DNA of 64,000 bases from Carcharhinus amblyrhynchos (taxonomy: Eukaryota). Positions 50,355 through 61,616 of this stretch are shown piece by piece; within the stretch, counting starts at the first letter, position 1; each line of letters opens with the position of its first letter. The notes below the pieces were generated by a model, which made no database searches, was not told the DNA's origin, and worked only from the letters and a program-made list of their open reading frames with translations. A program made the position numbers and the translations under genes. The DNA lies in assembly GCA_965287045.1 (NCBI GenBank), contig OZ336884.1:52266001-52330000 (forward strand). The letters run 5' to 3'.

Positions 50355-50883
50355 TGATGTGGGTATGCCGGCGTTGGACTGGCGTAAACACAGTAAAAAG
50401 TCTGACAACACCAGGTTTTAGTCCAACCTATTTATTTGATAATAGACTCACAAGCTTTCGGGGTTAGCCCCTTCGTCAGGTGAATGGAGAGTTCTGGCCT
50501 CAGACAGAGCATATAAAGTACAGACAGTTTAGAGATTACTGATTAGAATGCGAATCCTTACTGTTGGCGAACACTTCAGTGGTCACGGGCATTCAGCCTC
50601 TGACCTTCGGGTAAGCATTCTCCAAGGCAGCCTTCACGACACACGACAGCGCAGAGTCGCTGAACAGAGACTGATAGCCAAGTTCCGCACACATGAGGAC
50701 GGTCTCAACAGGGATCTTGGGTTCATGTCACACTATCTGTAACCCCCGTGACTTGCCTGGGTTTGCAAAACCTCACTCACTATACTGTCTGGAGACAATA
50801 CACATCTCTTTAAACTGTGATCAGTGCTCCTTCCACTCACATTATCAGCCACTTCAGGTCTTGAACAGCAGGTTAGGTGTAAG
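50355..50883. mobile_element. Penelope-like element with internal inversion (pseudo-LTR on -, GIY-YIG C-terminus on +)
   Basis: 50355-50560 is the reverse complement of the pseudo-LTR; 50561-50883 encodes VGEHFSGHGHSASDLRVSILQGSLHDTRQRRVAEQRLIAKFRTHEDGLNRDLGFMSHYL*. Confidence 0.9.
50446..50486 (-). ncRNA. Minimal type I hammerhead ribozyme motif (Penelope-associated)
   Basis: Minus-strand RNA AUUCAC-CUGACGA-A-GGGG CUAA CCCC-GAAA-GC-UU-GUGAGU: stem I AUUCAC/GUGAGU, stem II GGGG/CCCC, palindromic helix III AGCU, NUH = CUU. Confidence 0.7.
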
Positions 50884-51655
50884 TGGTCCACTTTGGCAGG
50901 ACCAATGGGATGAACGAGTACACTATCAAGGGCAGGAGTCTTAGCAGTGTTGAAGGGCAGAAGGATCTTGGGGTCCGGATCCACAGGACTCTTAAATCGG
51001 CCTCGCAGGTGGAGGATGTGGTCAAGAAGGCGTATGGTGTACTGGCCTTCATTAATCGAGGGATTGAGTTTAGGAGTCGGGAGGTAATGCTGCAACTTTA
51101 TAAGTCCCTTGTTAGGTCCCACTTGGAGTACTGTGCGCAGTTCTGGTCGCCTCACTATAGGAAGGACGTAGAAGCTATTGAAAGGGTACAGGGGAGATTT
51201 ACAAGGATGTTGCCTGGATTGGGAGGCATGCCTTATGAAGATAGGTTGAGGGAGTTGGGACTCTTCTCCCTGGAGAGACGAAGGTTGAGAGGCGACCTGA
51301 TAGAGGTTTATAAAATGTTGAGAGGAATAGATAGGGTGGATTCTCAGAGGCTATTTCCCCGGGTTGAAATGGTCGCTACGAGAGGACACAGATTTAAGGT
51401 GCAGGGAAGCAAGTACAGGGGTGATGTTAGGGGTAAGTTTTTCACTCAGAGGGTGGTGAGTGAATGGAATCGGCTGCCGTCAGTGGTGGTGGAGGCGAAC
51501 TCGCTGGGGTCTTTTAAAAGACTTCTGGATGAGTATATGGGATTTAATGGGATTGGGGGTTATAGATAGGTCTATGGATTGGTAGGTATTGATGTGATCG
51601 GCACAACTTGTGGGCCGAAGGGCCTGTTTGTGCTGTAGTGTTCTATGTTCTATGT
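50883..51655 (+). mobile_element. Young 5'-truncated CR1 3' part
   Basis: Open 228-aa ORF with RSHLEYCAQFWSPHYRKD and FFTQRVVSEWNRLP; tail ttctatgttctatgtt. Confidence 0.95.
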
Positions 51656-52734
51656 TAACTCACCAAGGCTGCTTCAATTACACCTTCCAAGTCCACCAGC
51701 TTTAATAACTAGTTTCCCTGCAAACTATACTGCATCCTTATTGGAACTATATCACTATTCCTCCACTATCATTGAGACAAAATATTGATACTCCTTTGCT
51801 GACAGCATTATGGGTGCACTGTACCACATGGATTGCAGTGGTTCAAGAAGGTGACTCCACTACCTTTAAGGAAGATTAGGGATGAGTAATAAATGTTGGC
51901 AGAGACAGAGATGCTCACATCCTGCGAATGAGTAAATAAAATATTTTTCTATTATGAAGTGACATGGGAGGGAAAAACAATGACTAACAATAATCCTTTT
52001 CACTGAAATATTTAAATTGCAGTCTACACAAGGTTAAAGCAAATTATGTAGTTTGTTCTGTGTTAGCAGAATAAGCACAGTAATTGAACTAAACTCTGGC
52101 ATTAATGAAATATTGCCTTTTTCACACAGTCTGCAATTACCTAAAGGTCTTGGGCCTCATCACACTTTGCAAAAGATGCTGTTGAACATCCCAAGTTTCT
52201 ACTTAGCTATGACAAATAGTTATTTTCCATTCTAAGACCTTTCGCTTTTGCAGAGCTCATCAACATTTTGCTAGATTTTACTCTATTAGTTCCTAATCAT
52301 ATATTTGCTCATGAATCAAGTGCCACATTTTTTGCAAACATATAGCTTTTACCATATTTGTGAACCCACAATGATCATCATTAAATGAAGTTCTTCTACA
52401 TTTTTCCTTCTGTGTATTCTCTAATTGTTTTGTTTTTTTTCTTTATGTTTTTATTCAGGTTCTTTACCAATTTTCTTTCTTATTTCTCTGATAGCATGGA
52501 TAAAAGCATGGAGTGAACTATTAAATCCCTTGAGTCTGTTTGACACACTATTATATTTTATCTAATCTGTATCTTGACTCCATTCATCCACTTTGGTTCC
52601 ATAACAATTACTAATCTTGCCAACACAAGCAATCAAACTCAGTTTTCAAACTTTTAATTGACCTAGCTTCAACAGGTTTTTGGGGGAAAGGGTTCTAAAT
52701 TTCCACTAACCACTACGTGAAAAAATGCTGACAA

Positions 52735-52925
52735 AAATGTGCTGGTTAGGTTGATTGGCCGCGCTAAAAATTACCCCCTAGAGTCCTGAGATGTGTAAAT
52801 TAGAGGGATTAGCGGGTAAATATGTAGGGATATGGGGCTAAGGTCTGGGTGGGATTGTGGTCTGTGCAGATTTGATGGGCCAAATGGCCTCTTTCTGCAC
52901 TGTAGGGTTACTATGATTTCTATGA
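52735..52925 (+). mobile_element. SINE 3' portion with CR1-like tail
   Basis: gtgctggttaggttgattggcc...gatgggccaaatggcctc...ctatgatttctatga. Confidence 0.6.
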
Positions 52926-53894
52926 CCTCTGAATGGTCTAGATCTAATTTTAAAGCTTAATCCCTTTGTTCTGGACTCGAACACCAGAACGAATATTAAA
53001 CATCTTGATCAATTCATCCTTTGATCTTTTATACACAAATAATACACGCCTGCTCAGCATGATTTACCCTTATGTTCCATCCCCAGCATTATTCAGGTAA
53101 TATTCTAAGAGAAACTGTTCTCTCCTTACGTAACTTGAAAATTTTCAGATAGAGTTAAAGAATAAGACTTTAGTTGCTAGAAAAATGCTATCTATCTTAT
53201 CTTTTTTTAGAAATATAATTTGACATCTGACTATTTCCAACAACTTAGATCAATAGTTTTTCTACAGAAGCACCCTGATACAAGACAATGTCAATGGATA
53301 AGTGGTCTTTTTTAAAAATGTATATATTACATGATCGGCAATTAGTTAAAACCAAGAAAAATATAAAAGACTGCAAGCATTTAAAAGTGTGGATTAATGA
53401 ATAGAGTGACATCTGGTGTTATGGGTTTATCTAAGGATTTGTTGGCTTTTTATTCTGGATGAGATCTTGCTGGAGACAATGATCTCTTGTCCAAAAATGT
53501 TTATTTATATGCTAACTATTAACAAAGGCTAAATAAGACCAAGGCATAGTTGGAGCGACTCCCTGAGATGCTTCACAGTGATTTCCTCTCAGTGAGTGAC
53601 ACCACTGTGATAATTATCACATGCTCAGTGGCTATTAGAGTTAATATTTTACACAGGAAACTTCACTTTTGATAAAGGTAAATTTGAACAGAGATTTATA
53701 ATTTTAAGAGAAATAATATCCATGTTTCAAAAATGAAAGCTGTTTTTTAAAAAATGTATTTTAAGAACAAGATTTGTTTGGAAAATTATAGAGCACAATT
53801 AATTCCATGAATTGTTCTGAACTGTTCCTGCTCCATCCATTGTAACACTGCAGGAAAGGCCTGATTTGTTAAACCTAATGGTTTAATTGAGGAA

Positions 53895-54190
53895 TCGAGA
53901 ACTAGAGGGGATAGGTTTAAATTAAGAGGGGAAAGAATTAATGGGAACCTGAGGAGCAACTTTTTTATACAGAGGGTGATACGTATGTGGAATGTGCTGC
54001 CGGAGGAAGTGGTTAAGGCAAGGACATTGACAACATTTAGAAGATATTGGATAGATATATGGATAGGACAGGTTTAGAGGGATATGGGCCAAATGCAGGC
54101 AAATAGGGTTAGCTTAGACGGGTATTTTGGTCGGCATGGACCAATTTGAGCTGAAAGGCCTGTCTCTGTGTCATACATTCTATGATTTTA
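53895..54190 (+). mobile_element. CR1 3' end fragment
   Basis: tcgagaactagaggggataggtttaa...cagagggtgatacgtatgtggaatgtgctgccgg...gggatatggg. Confidence 0.8.
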
Positions 54191-55384
54191 CGATGACCTT
54201 ACTTAGTTTCTAAAAATTGCTACGTTCTTACATTGAAGCATGTCAGTGACAAAATTCACCAGTGAAACATAATTTACTATTTTAAGGTCCATAACAATGG
54301 AAGAAGTACAGGAAATACAAGATTTTCATTGAGAAGTACTTTAGCAAGGAGTGTAACAATTGTCTCCCTCTCCCCAAAGCAAAATGGCAACCAGATGAGA
54401 ATTCAGCCCCTTAAGCCTGCTCCACTAATGAATGAGATTATCACTAAAATTCTACAGCAACTGCATTTCCCAATTTATCCCCATAATACCCTTAAGCTTT
54501 AAATTGTCTATCTGTCTCAGCCTTAAATATACTCTGACTGAGCAGCAATTGACCCCTGGTGTAGAGAATTTCTAAGATAAACATTGCTCTGTGGAGAAAT
54601 TACTTCCCCATTGCTAAGCTGAACCTTTGATGCAACGATCAGTCTGACTCAAGTTTTCTCCCCAGGCACTTTGTCCACTTTGCTCACCTTATTCCCCAGC
54701 ACCAGATCCAGCAAAGTCTCCTTCCTAGTTGGGCCAAGAATCCACTGCTCAATAAGTTCTCCTGAGCATTTCAGAAATTATTTGCTCTCCTTTAGTCGAA
54801 CATTAAATACCCAAATGTCATTTGGAGTAAAGAGTTGAAAATCACAACTCTATTGTTCTTGCATACCTGTGATTTCCCTGCAGATTAGCATCACAGTCTC
54901 TCTCACGATATGGAGGCTAATAGAATACAGTCAGTCTGTGATCTCCGATACAAACAAATTTATGTAATCGAACCAGCTGACTCAATTGAACATGTTACGT
55001 TTTATTTTTGTTCACAAACATAAGTGTGTTTAAGCTTTTCACATGCTATTCTTATATCCAAGATCTCCTTTGCATTCACAGCTCGAAATATCTGAAGCTT
55101 AAACTTTGAATTAAAGGTGTCAGTATGGAGAAATGACTGGTGCAAACATGATTTCTGGTCCTACTATTCTTCCCATTTTAACAAGAAATAGCATTGCATG
55201 AATAGTGACATCTAGGGACAGAATATCAATTCAGTATCAGCTATCATTTTTCATTATTGTCTTAATTATACCAGTCTATTCAGACAGCTGTAATCGATTG
55301 TATGGTGTCCCTGTGGAAGGTCAGTGATTAACTCAGTATTTTGTCACATAGCTAGTCCTACTTTGTAACTTTTACTCAACTAAC

Positions 55385-55501
55385 CATCTCTTTCTCAAAA
55401 TCCCCTTCTTTCAGATTCTCTCCTTGTTGTATTTCTGCTTCCAATTCATCCAGCATTTGCTGGACCTGTGTATCAAACCGTTCCAGCTCCTTTGGAAACA
55501 C
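55385..55501 (-). CDS. DMD: Dystrophin coding exon, ortholog of human exon 38 (117 bp, phase 0-0)
   Basis: ttctcatcttccag|GTGTTT...GAGATG|gttagt; VFPKELERFDTQVQQMLDELEAEIQQGENLKEGDFEKEM vs human ASIPLKELEQFNSDIQKLLEPLEAEIQQGVNLKEEDFNKDM (123 bp). Confidence 0.95.
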
Positions 55502-56534
55502 CTGGAAGATGAGAACATATAATTATTAATCTTTATCTGCAAGCACATCTGTCTCCGAATAGGCCCTTTCACAGTAAAAACTGTAGGTGACCTACAGATT
55601 CTATTGATAACATATAGAACATTTCAAACATTTATTCCTTAGAATCACAGATGTTCATGTCAGTATGTGATTCCTGATATAATTGAACACAGTAATGTCA
55701 GTTCAGAAGCTACAGGCATCACTTCAAAATCCTTTACTATAATTACAGATCTTAGACAAGCAGTCAGTGTTCACAACTTCCAAGAAAAACTTGCCCTCTT
55801 CTCTCACACTTCATCAAGAATCAAAGTGTGAATGATTCCATCAATCATGCATGGTTGCAGAAAAAAGTAACCACAGCCAAGAAACCAAGCTAGCAGATGC
55901 GATTATTTGTTTAAGAGAACATCTTTATGACTTGTGAAGAATAGCTATTACTACTCATCTGATAGACTTCTCTTCATTCTTCTAATTGGGACACACCCAC
56001 ATGATCAGTAAATACATCATGCAATGAAACATGTTCTGGAGAATTTACACGCAGAGCACACATGTGAAAATGCCATCATCAACAGATGGCAGTTTGCCTG
56101 GGACTTGGTTTTCATACACAAATGCAAGTCAGTTCCAAATGTGAAACTGACGATGACAATGCATTTAAAGCAGCACATAGAGGAGATTTTCAGATTGAGT
56201 GGCAACTATGCTTTCATGGCACGGTATCAATTTAAATAACTCAACTTGCAAGCAAAAGCTTTAGATAATTGATGGAACAGCATCTGAGCAGTCATAAGCC
56301 CAGTCAGCCCTTCAACTTTCTCTACAATTCACTAAGATCATCGTGCATTATACCCAAATCCCTTGAGATACCTGGTTTCTAAAAATCTACCATTCTCTCT
56401 CTTGAATATACTCAACAACTGAGCATCCACAGATGCCTAAAATAGGGAATTCCAAATATTTACAACCTTTTGAGCAAATAAATTACTCATCTCAGCCCTA
56501 ACTGCCTGACTCCTTATACAGAAACTATGACCTC

Positions 56535-56956
56535 CCGCAAACCACACTTGCTTGGTGAGGCTGGTTGGCCTCCTCCTCCTCCTTTCCTCATGGAATAAGA
56601 CTTCTCTTCTTGCCCTCACTGCATTCAACATACTGTCCAGAGTCAAGTCTTAGATCCCAGGAGCAACGTTCCCACATCTTACCTCTATTGTCTACCAGGT
56701 TCTGGCTTTCCACTTGCATCTTTGCCATTCCATTCAAAGCTACTACTGCAAGCCCAGTTGGGGTGCCTTCAAAATTGAGGTCCTCATTTCTTTTCTGAGG
56801 CAGGTAATACCACCCCCCCCCGCCAACTCTTCCTCTGCACCATCAGTCAGAGAACCCAGAGGTGGGATGATGCCATGCTTTAGTGAAAAAGCTTTTGCAA
56901 ATCCTGCTAATTAATCAAAACTATTTTGGCAGAGACTAAGTTGGTAAAATTTCCCC
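56535..56956 (-). mobile_element. Harbinger Myb/SANT gene fragment plus terminus, abutting a CR1 tail (~56300-56530)
   Basis: LDSMLNAVRARREVLFHEERRRRRPTSLTKQVW; TIR-like ggtaaaatttcccc. Confidence 0.6.
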
Positions 56957-59174
56957 ATTAACTGTCTGGTGGTACAGGGTGTAGACACCACTGTAGATAC
57001 AGAAGTGAAGTGCAGGATGGACACAGCTTGATCTTCATCTGCTAGCCATCATCCTCACCCACCAAAATCTTCATGTGTTTGGACATTTTAATTGGGAATA
57101 CTATTGGTGAAGAAAATGGGAGTTATGGCTGGGGCAAGCAGGGTCTGGGTGTTGAAGGCAGGGGGATGTGGAGGGAAATGACATGAATCACAGAGTTTTT
57201 CTTTCCTTTATATTACAATTCTGAAAAGGATAGCCTTGTACAATACATTCTGGATGCTTGCTGCCTGGTTACACGACTGTTGACATCTTAGGCTTTTCAG
57301 AAATCTGACAGGTAGGTGAAAACTCAGACTAAAAGTAACAGACTACATTGTGTAATCTAACCAGTTCCATTAAAGGCATAAACTCAGCTCCATTCAAGGC
57401 AATAAAAGATTCCATACAAAGTGCCTGGTTGGAATGACTCTGATCCAGGGGTTTTGCCTAATACAGTGCATCAGACTGTGTGCAGTATCACTTACCGACA
57501 ACATCATGACAATAATTTCATGTGTGCTTTCCACGCAATGTTTCCAGAACATTCCAGGAATATTGTATGTTAAAAGTGGTTTGACGTTGTATTTTTGTAG
57601 GACAGCAATAAAAACACTGACAGTGTAAGCTAAAACACTCTCACAAACCCTCTGGGAATGTCATTACTGTCATAATTGTATTAGTAGAGCTTGAAAGAAA
57701 GTTACTTTCAGACAACAAGCCAAATACCAATTGTTATGAATGCAAAGAGGGATAGAGAATATGAGAGAATTAAATATAGGGATATATCACAAGCACTCAA
57801 CAAAACCAAGTGGAGTCTGAGGTTAGATTCTGAGCACACAGCCTCTCATCAGGGATAGTACTAAGTAAATGAATCAGAACCAGATGCCAACTTTGAGGCC
57901 GATTTTCAATCTGTGCTCTCTGGCAGAATTTGCATTGCCATGAAATTAAGTTGAAGCTTGAATTAGTGATATTTTTGTCAGTATTTTAGTCTGTCTTTCT
58001 AGTCACAGCAAATTCCACCTTCATTTCATGAACAGATAATAAAACCTGATATACTACCATCAACAAGTATACAATGAAGAACTTTGGGAATTGAAAATCA
58101 AACAATTAAATCACCAGAAATTAGTTTATCCAAAATGTTTTATGTATAATTATGATTTTGTACACTCAAAACCCAACTAAATTGTATTTTGTGGATACCT
58201 TTGGAAACATGGAGTGTTACCAATTGATTTTTAATAATGTCGCAGATTTTGTTCATATTAACATTTTGGCATCATTTCACATGTTTAACTGTAATTCCTT
58301 CCAAATCAATCCTAGATGAATCGTGAAAGGAAAAATGTTGGTTTTGAGATTTAGAATTCTAATAATCGCAAAGCAATATGCTTGATATATTTTGTGGCTG
58401 AGTGCAGAAATGCAGTACCATGATTCAGATGTAAAGCTTTTAGTCTTGGTTGACCACATTTCCTACAGTAATCTAGCAGTTGAGAAGAGACAGCATTTCC
58501 CTCGGGTGACAAACATGAACTGAATTTAAAAATTTAGGGTTTCATAAAATATATATACACATGTAATCATACCCATTACACACTGCAGTCCTCTTTCCGA
58601 ACTGCTACACCTTTCTCAAATCAATCACCATGGTGTAAACACTGCAATAGGCAGTTGATACTTCTATCCAAGTAGGATGAGTGCAGTTATGAGTTAGTGA
58701 GGGGCAGCTTGGGGGCGTGTGAGGTAGAAGAGCTCAGATGAGCTATGAGTAACTTTCAAAATGATATTTTGAAGGAATAGAAACAGAATGAAAGCACAAC
58801 ATTGCTTGCCAACTCAAATGAAAAATGCTGGGATAAATGACAAATAACTTTACAAAGCAATGATGAATCTTTCATAAACAAAACTGCAGAAAAGCTCTGT
58901 TCCCCATTTTTTAAGCTTAAGCAAATAAATACGGGGAGAAGTTTGTTGCTCATTGATAAATGCCGCCTTCAGCAATGGGACTCTGAAAACTGATCCTGCA
59001 AGGTTTCAGAACAACCAATTATTTTTTGGAATAGAAATTAGCTGACTGAATAGTGTATACTGGCAACCAAATGAATTGAGTCTTCTTTAGCATTTACAGT
59101 GCAACATGTCTTCAAAACCTTAGGTCTATCCCTGTGAAAGAGCACATCAAATTTGTAACTTGGTGACTTCTTGC

Positions 59175-59312
59175 CTGAGATGGGCCAGGAAAAAGAGGGG
59201 GATGCAGAGAGGAACCATACGTTGAGGTTGAAAGAATTGTTGATAAGCTAGTCAGTCGATAGGTTTCCTTCAGTCCCTGAGTCGATTTTTGTTGACTTTC
59301 CAGAAGTTTAAG
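59175..59312 (-). CDS. Candidate extra dystrophin exon (138 bp, phase 0-0, GC donor)
   Basis: Pyrimidine tract ctcactctcctcactgtcttgcttcttttggtgaag|CTTAAA...TCTCAG|gcaaga; open frame LKLLESQQKSTQGLKETYRLTSLSTILSTSTYGSSLHPPLFPGPSQ. Confidence 0.4.
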
Positions 59313-59809
59313 CTTCACCAAAAGAAGCAAGACAGTGAGGAGAGTGAGATGGGAGTATAATATTTAGGTAAATCATGCAGAAACTGTTGAGCATATACAA
59401 AGGCACAAAGATATCCAGAGCAAACAGCAAATACTGCTACGAAAGTTAAATTGAGTCTGAACTTTATGGTCTGCTTGTGATATAAGAACAAGTGCATGAC
59501 AAATGCAAGATCCAACTGAAAAAGTTTATCAAAGGGACCAAATACTCATAATGAGAACATTTTACTACAGAATTCTTAACAGAAGATTTCCTCCATTCTG
59601 CATTTATAGTAAATTCATAACTGCCAGTAGAAATAACATATGCTTAAAAAATCTGTTTCATCATTTTCTCTGCCATAAATTAAAAATATACATCCAGGCT
59701 ATTTAAAAGACATTGTATATTATGACATGCTCATTTAATTGAAATATGCATGTATTTTTCTTTTAAAAATACATCAGAATTTCTACTAAATAGATGAAAA
59801 TTACCAGTG

Positions 59810-60800
59810 TTTACAGCATTGAAACAGGGCATTCAATCCAATAGATCCACATCAGTTTTAATACTTCACATGAGCCTCCTCCCGCCGTTCATTTAACCCT
59901 CCTCAACGTACACTTCATATTGTTTCTCTCCTATGTGTTTATCTAGCTTAAATGCATTTATTCCAGTCACCTCAATTCCTCTTCATGTTAGCAAGTTCCA
60001 CATTCTAACCACCCACTGACATCTTTCCTGAATTCACTTTAGCAACTATCTTTTATTTATGCCCCCAAACTCCATTTTCCTTCATAAGCGGAAACATCTT
60101 ATCCACGTCTACCCTTTGATAACCTTAGTACTTCTATCAAGTTATTCCTCAATCTCCTCGTCCTAGAGAAAAGATTCTAACTTGTTCAATCTTTCCTGTT
60201 AAGTAAAAAGTGAGTTTATAAACTTATATTATTCAAGTAAATCATTTTTGCACTTTCTCCAGCGCTTCTATATCCTTTTTACAATACAAAGGCGAGAACA
60301 TTTGCATTCCTCCAAGTGTGATCTAACCAGGTTTGACAACTTCTCTGCTGTTCAGTTCCATTCCTCCAGAAATAAACACCCCATGCTTTATTTGCACTTT
60401 TAAATTATTATTTTTAATGATCTGTCTATCTGTACCCCATATTCCTCTCATCTACTTGTTTTAGACACTTTCCAAGGAACGAGTGGCCTCTTTATTCTTC
60501 CAACCAAAATATACCACTTCACACTTGCCCATATTGAAGTTCATTCTCCAGTCACACGCTTCTTCAAGTTTTTTGAATATCTTTCTACATTTTATCTTAT
60601 GAGTCCTCTATATTAATTCATTGTACAATTTGGTGTTGTCTGCAAATTTTGAAATTGTATTTCATATCCCTCAATCCAAGTTGTATATATAAAGAATAAA
60701 CAAGTGGTCTTAGTGTCAATCCTTGTGGAACAATACTTGCAGATTTTGCACTCTAATTAACAATCCTTTGTTTTCTGTTTTGCAGCTATTTTGCTATCCA
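59810..60800 (-). mobile_element. Very old CR1 remnant
   Basis: gcaagttccacattctaaccaccc, ttttgcactttctccagcgc, accacttcacacttgcccatattgaagttcat, ttggtgttgtctgcaaa (FADNTK on minus). Confidence 0.65.
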
Positions 60801-61505
60801 TGTACTAAGATTCTTCAAACATTTCACCACAGTACTGTTACATAAAATACAGTTTCCATTATTGAAAGCTGATACTGATGGGTATATCAGTTACGAATCT
60901 CACAATATCTCTATTCAGCCAAAGCTAAGATCTAGACAATGTGACCAATGAAGTTGCAATCACACATGAAGTATCTGTCAAGCAGGGAGTACGATACTCT
61001 ATTCTAAAACGACTCAACCATGTCAGGGAAGGAAAGCTCAAATAAATTCTAAAGATAGGGTCTCACAATAGATCCAGTTTAACAAAAGACAAAAACACTT
61101 TGCCCTCTCTAAGCTGATAATTCAAGAATCACTATTCTTTCTCTAACTCATTTCTAATTTCTCTAACTTCAAAACTGGAGTCGTTAAGGGCAATGATGCC
61201 CAATCATAGTCACACTTTGTTTATCAGAGCGAGTATCGTAGTAGTCGTTTAGAGAGCTAAGATCAGAATGTTAAGTCAATGTGTCAGAAGATGCCGTGCA
61301 GTTCACATCTGTCCAACAAAACAACAGATGCTCTTTGAAATTTCATACTTAATTACTAATGACATCCATCAACCCAAAGTCTGTTCTTTTGCAGCTCTGG
61401 TGAGCAGCACTGAGCCATCATGAGACCACCCCATCATTCCTTCCACTCAGCAGATGTTCTATTTTGCTCTAACCAACCGCTATACCAGGTGCTAACCAAT
61501 CATAC

Positions 61506-61616
61506 CTGCTGCTGTACCTTTTCCTGCACAGCGAGAAAACTCTTCTGGTTTTTCAATTCGTCAGGATCCATCAGGAATGTAACCGGGATAACAGATACTT
61601 GCTCCAGCACTGGTTG
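61506..61616 (-). CDS. Candidate extra dystrophin exon between orthologs of exons 37 and 38 (111 bp, phase 0-0)
   Basis: cctcacatgcttgcttttcag|CAACCA...CAGCAG|gtatga; QPVLEQVSVIPVTFLMDPDELKNQKSFLAVQEKVQQQ; unique sequence; not similar to human exon 37. Confidence 0.6.

Larger units (their letters stand above)
47680..51935 (+). mobile_element. Old CR1/L2-clade LINE (pieces ~47680-48080 and ~51657-51935) containing a nested insertion stack
   Basis: DIKAAFDLMWH and MFVDDCTV RT motifs on the left; 3' tail gagtaataaatgttggc...gatgctcacatcctg on the right. Confidence 0.6.

Noticed and set aside
53418-53655. Small solo LTR (TGTTATGG...ACACA)
   Set aside because: Only the terminal dinucleotides and a poly(A)-like word support it; no TSD or second copy confirmed.
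19547-55501. Utrophin instead of dystrophin
   Set aside because: Peptides and exon lengths (138/153/183) match DMD exons 39-41, a region that is shorter and divergent in utrophin.
61506-61616. Ortholog of canonical exon 37
   Set aside because: Wrong length (111 vs 171 bp) and no spectrin-repeat similarity; exon 37 presumably lies beyond the window end.
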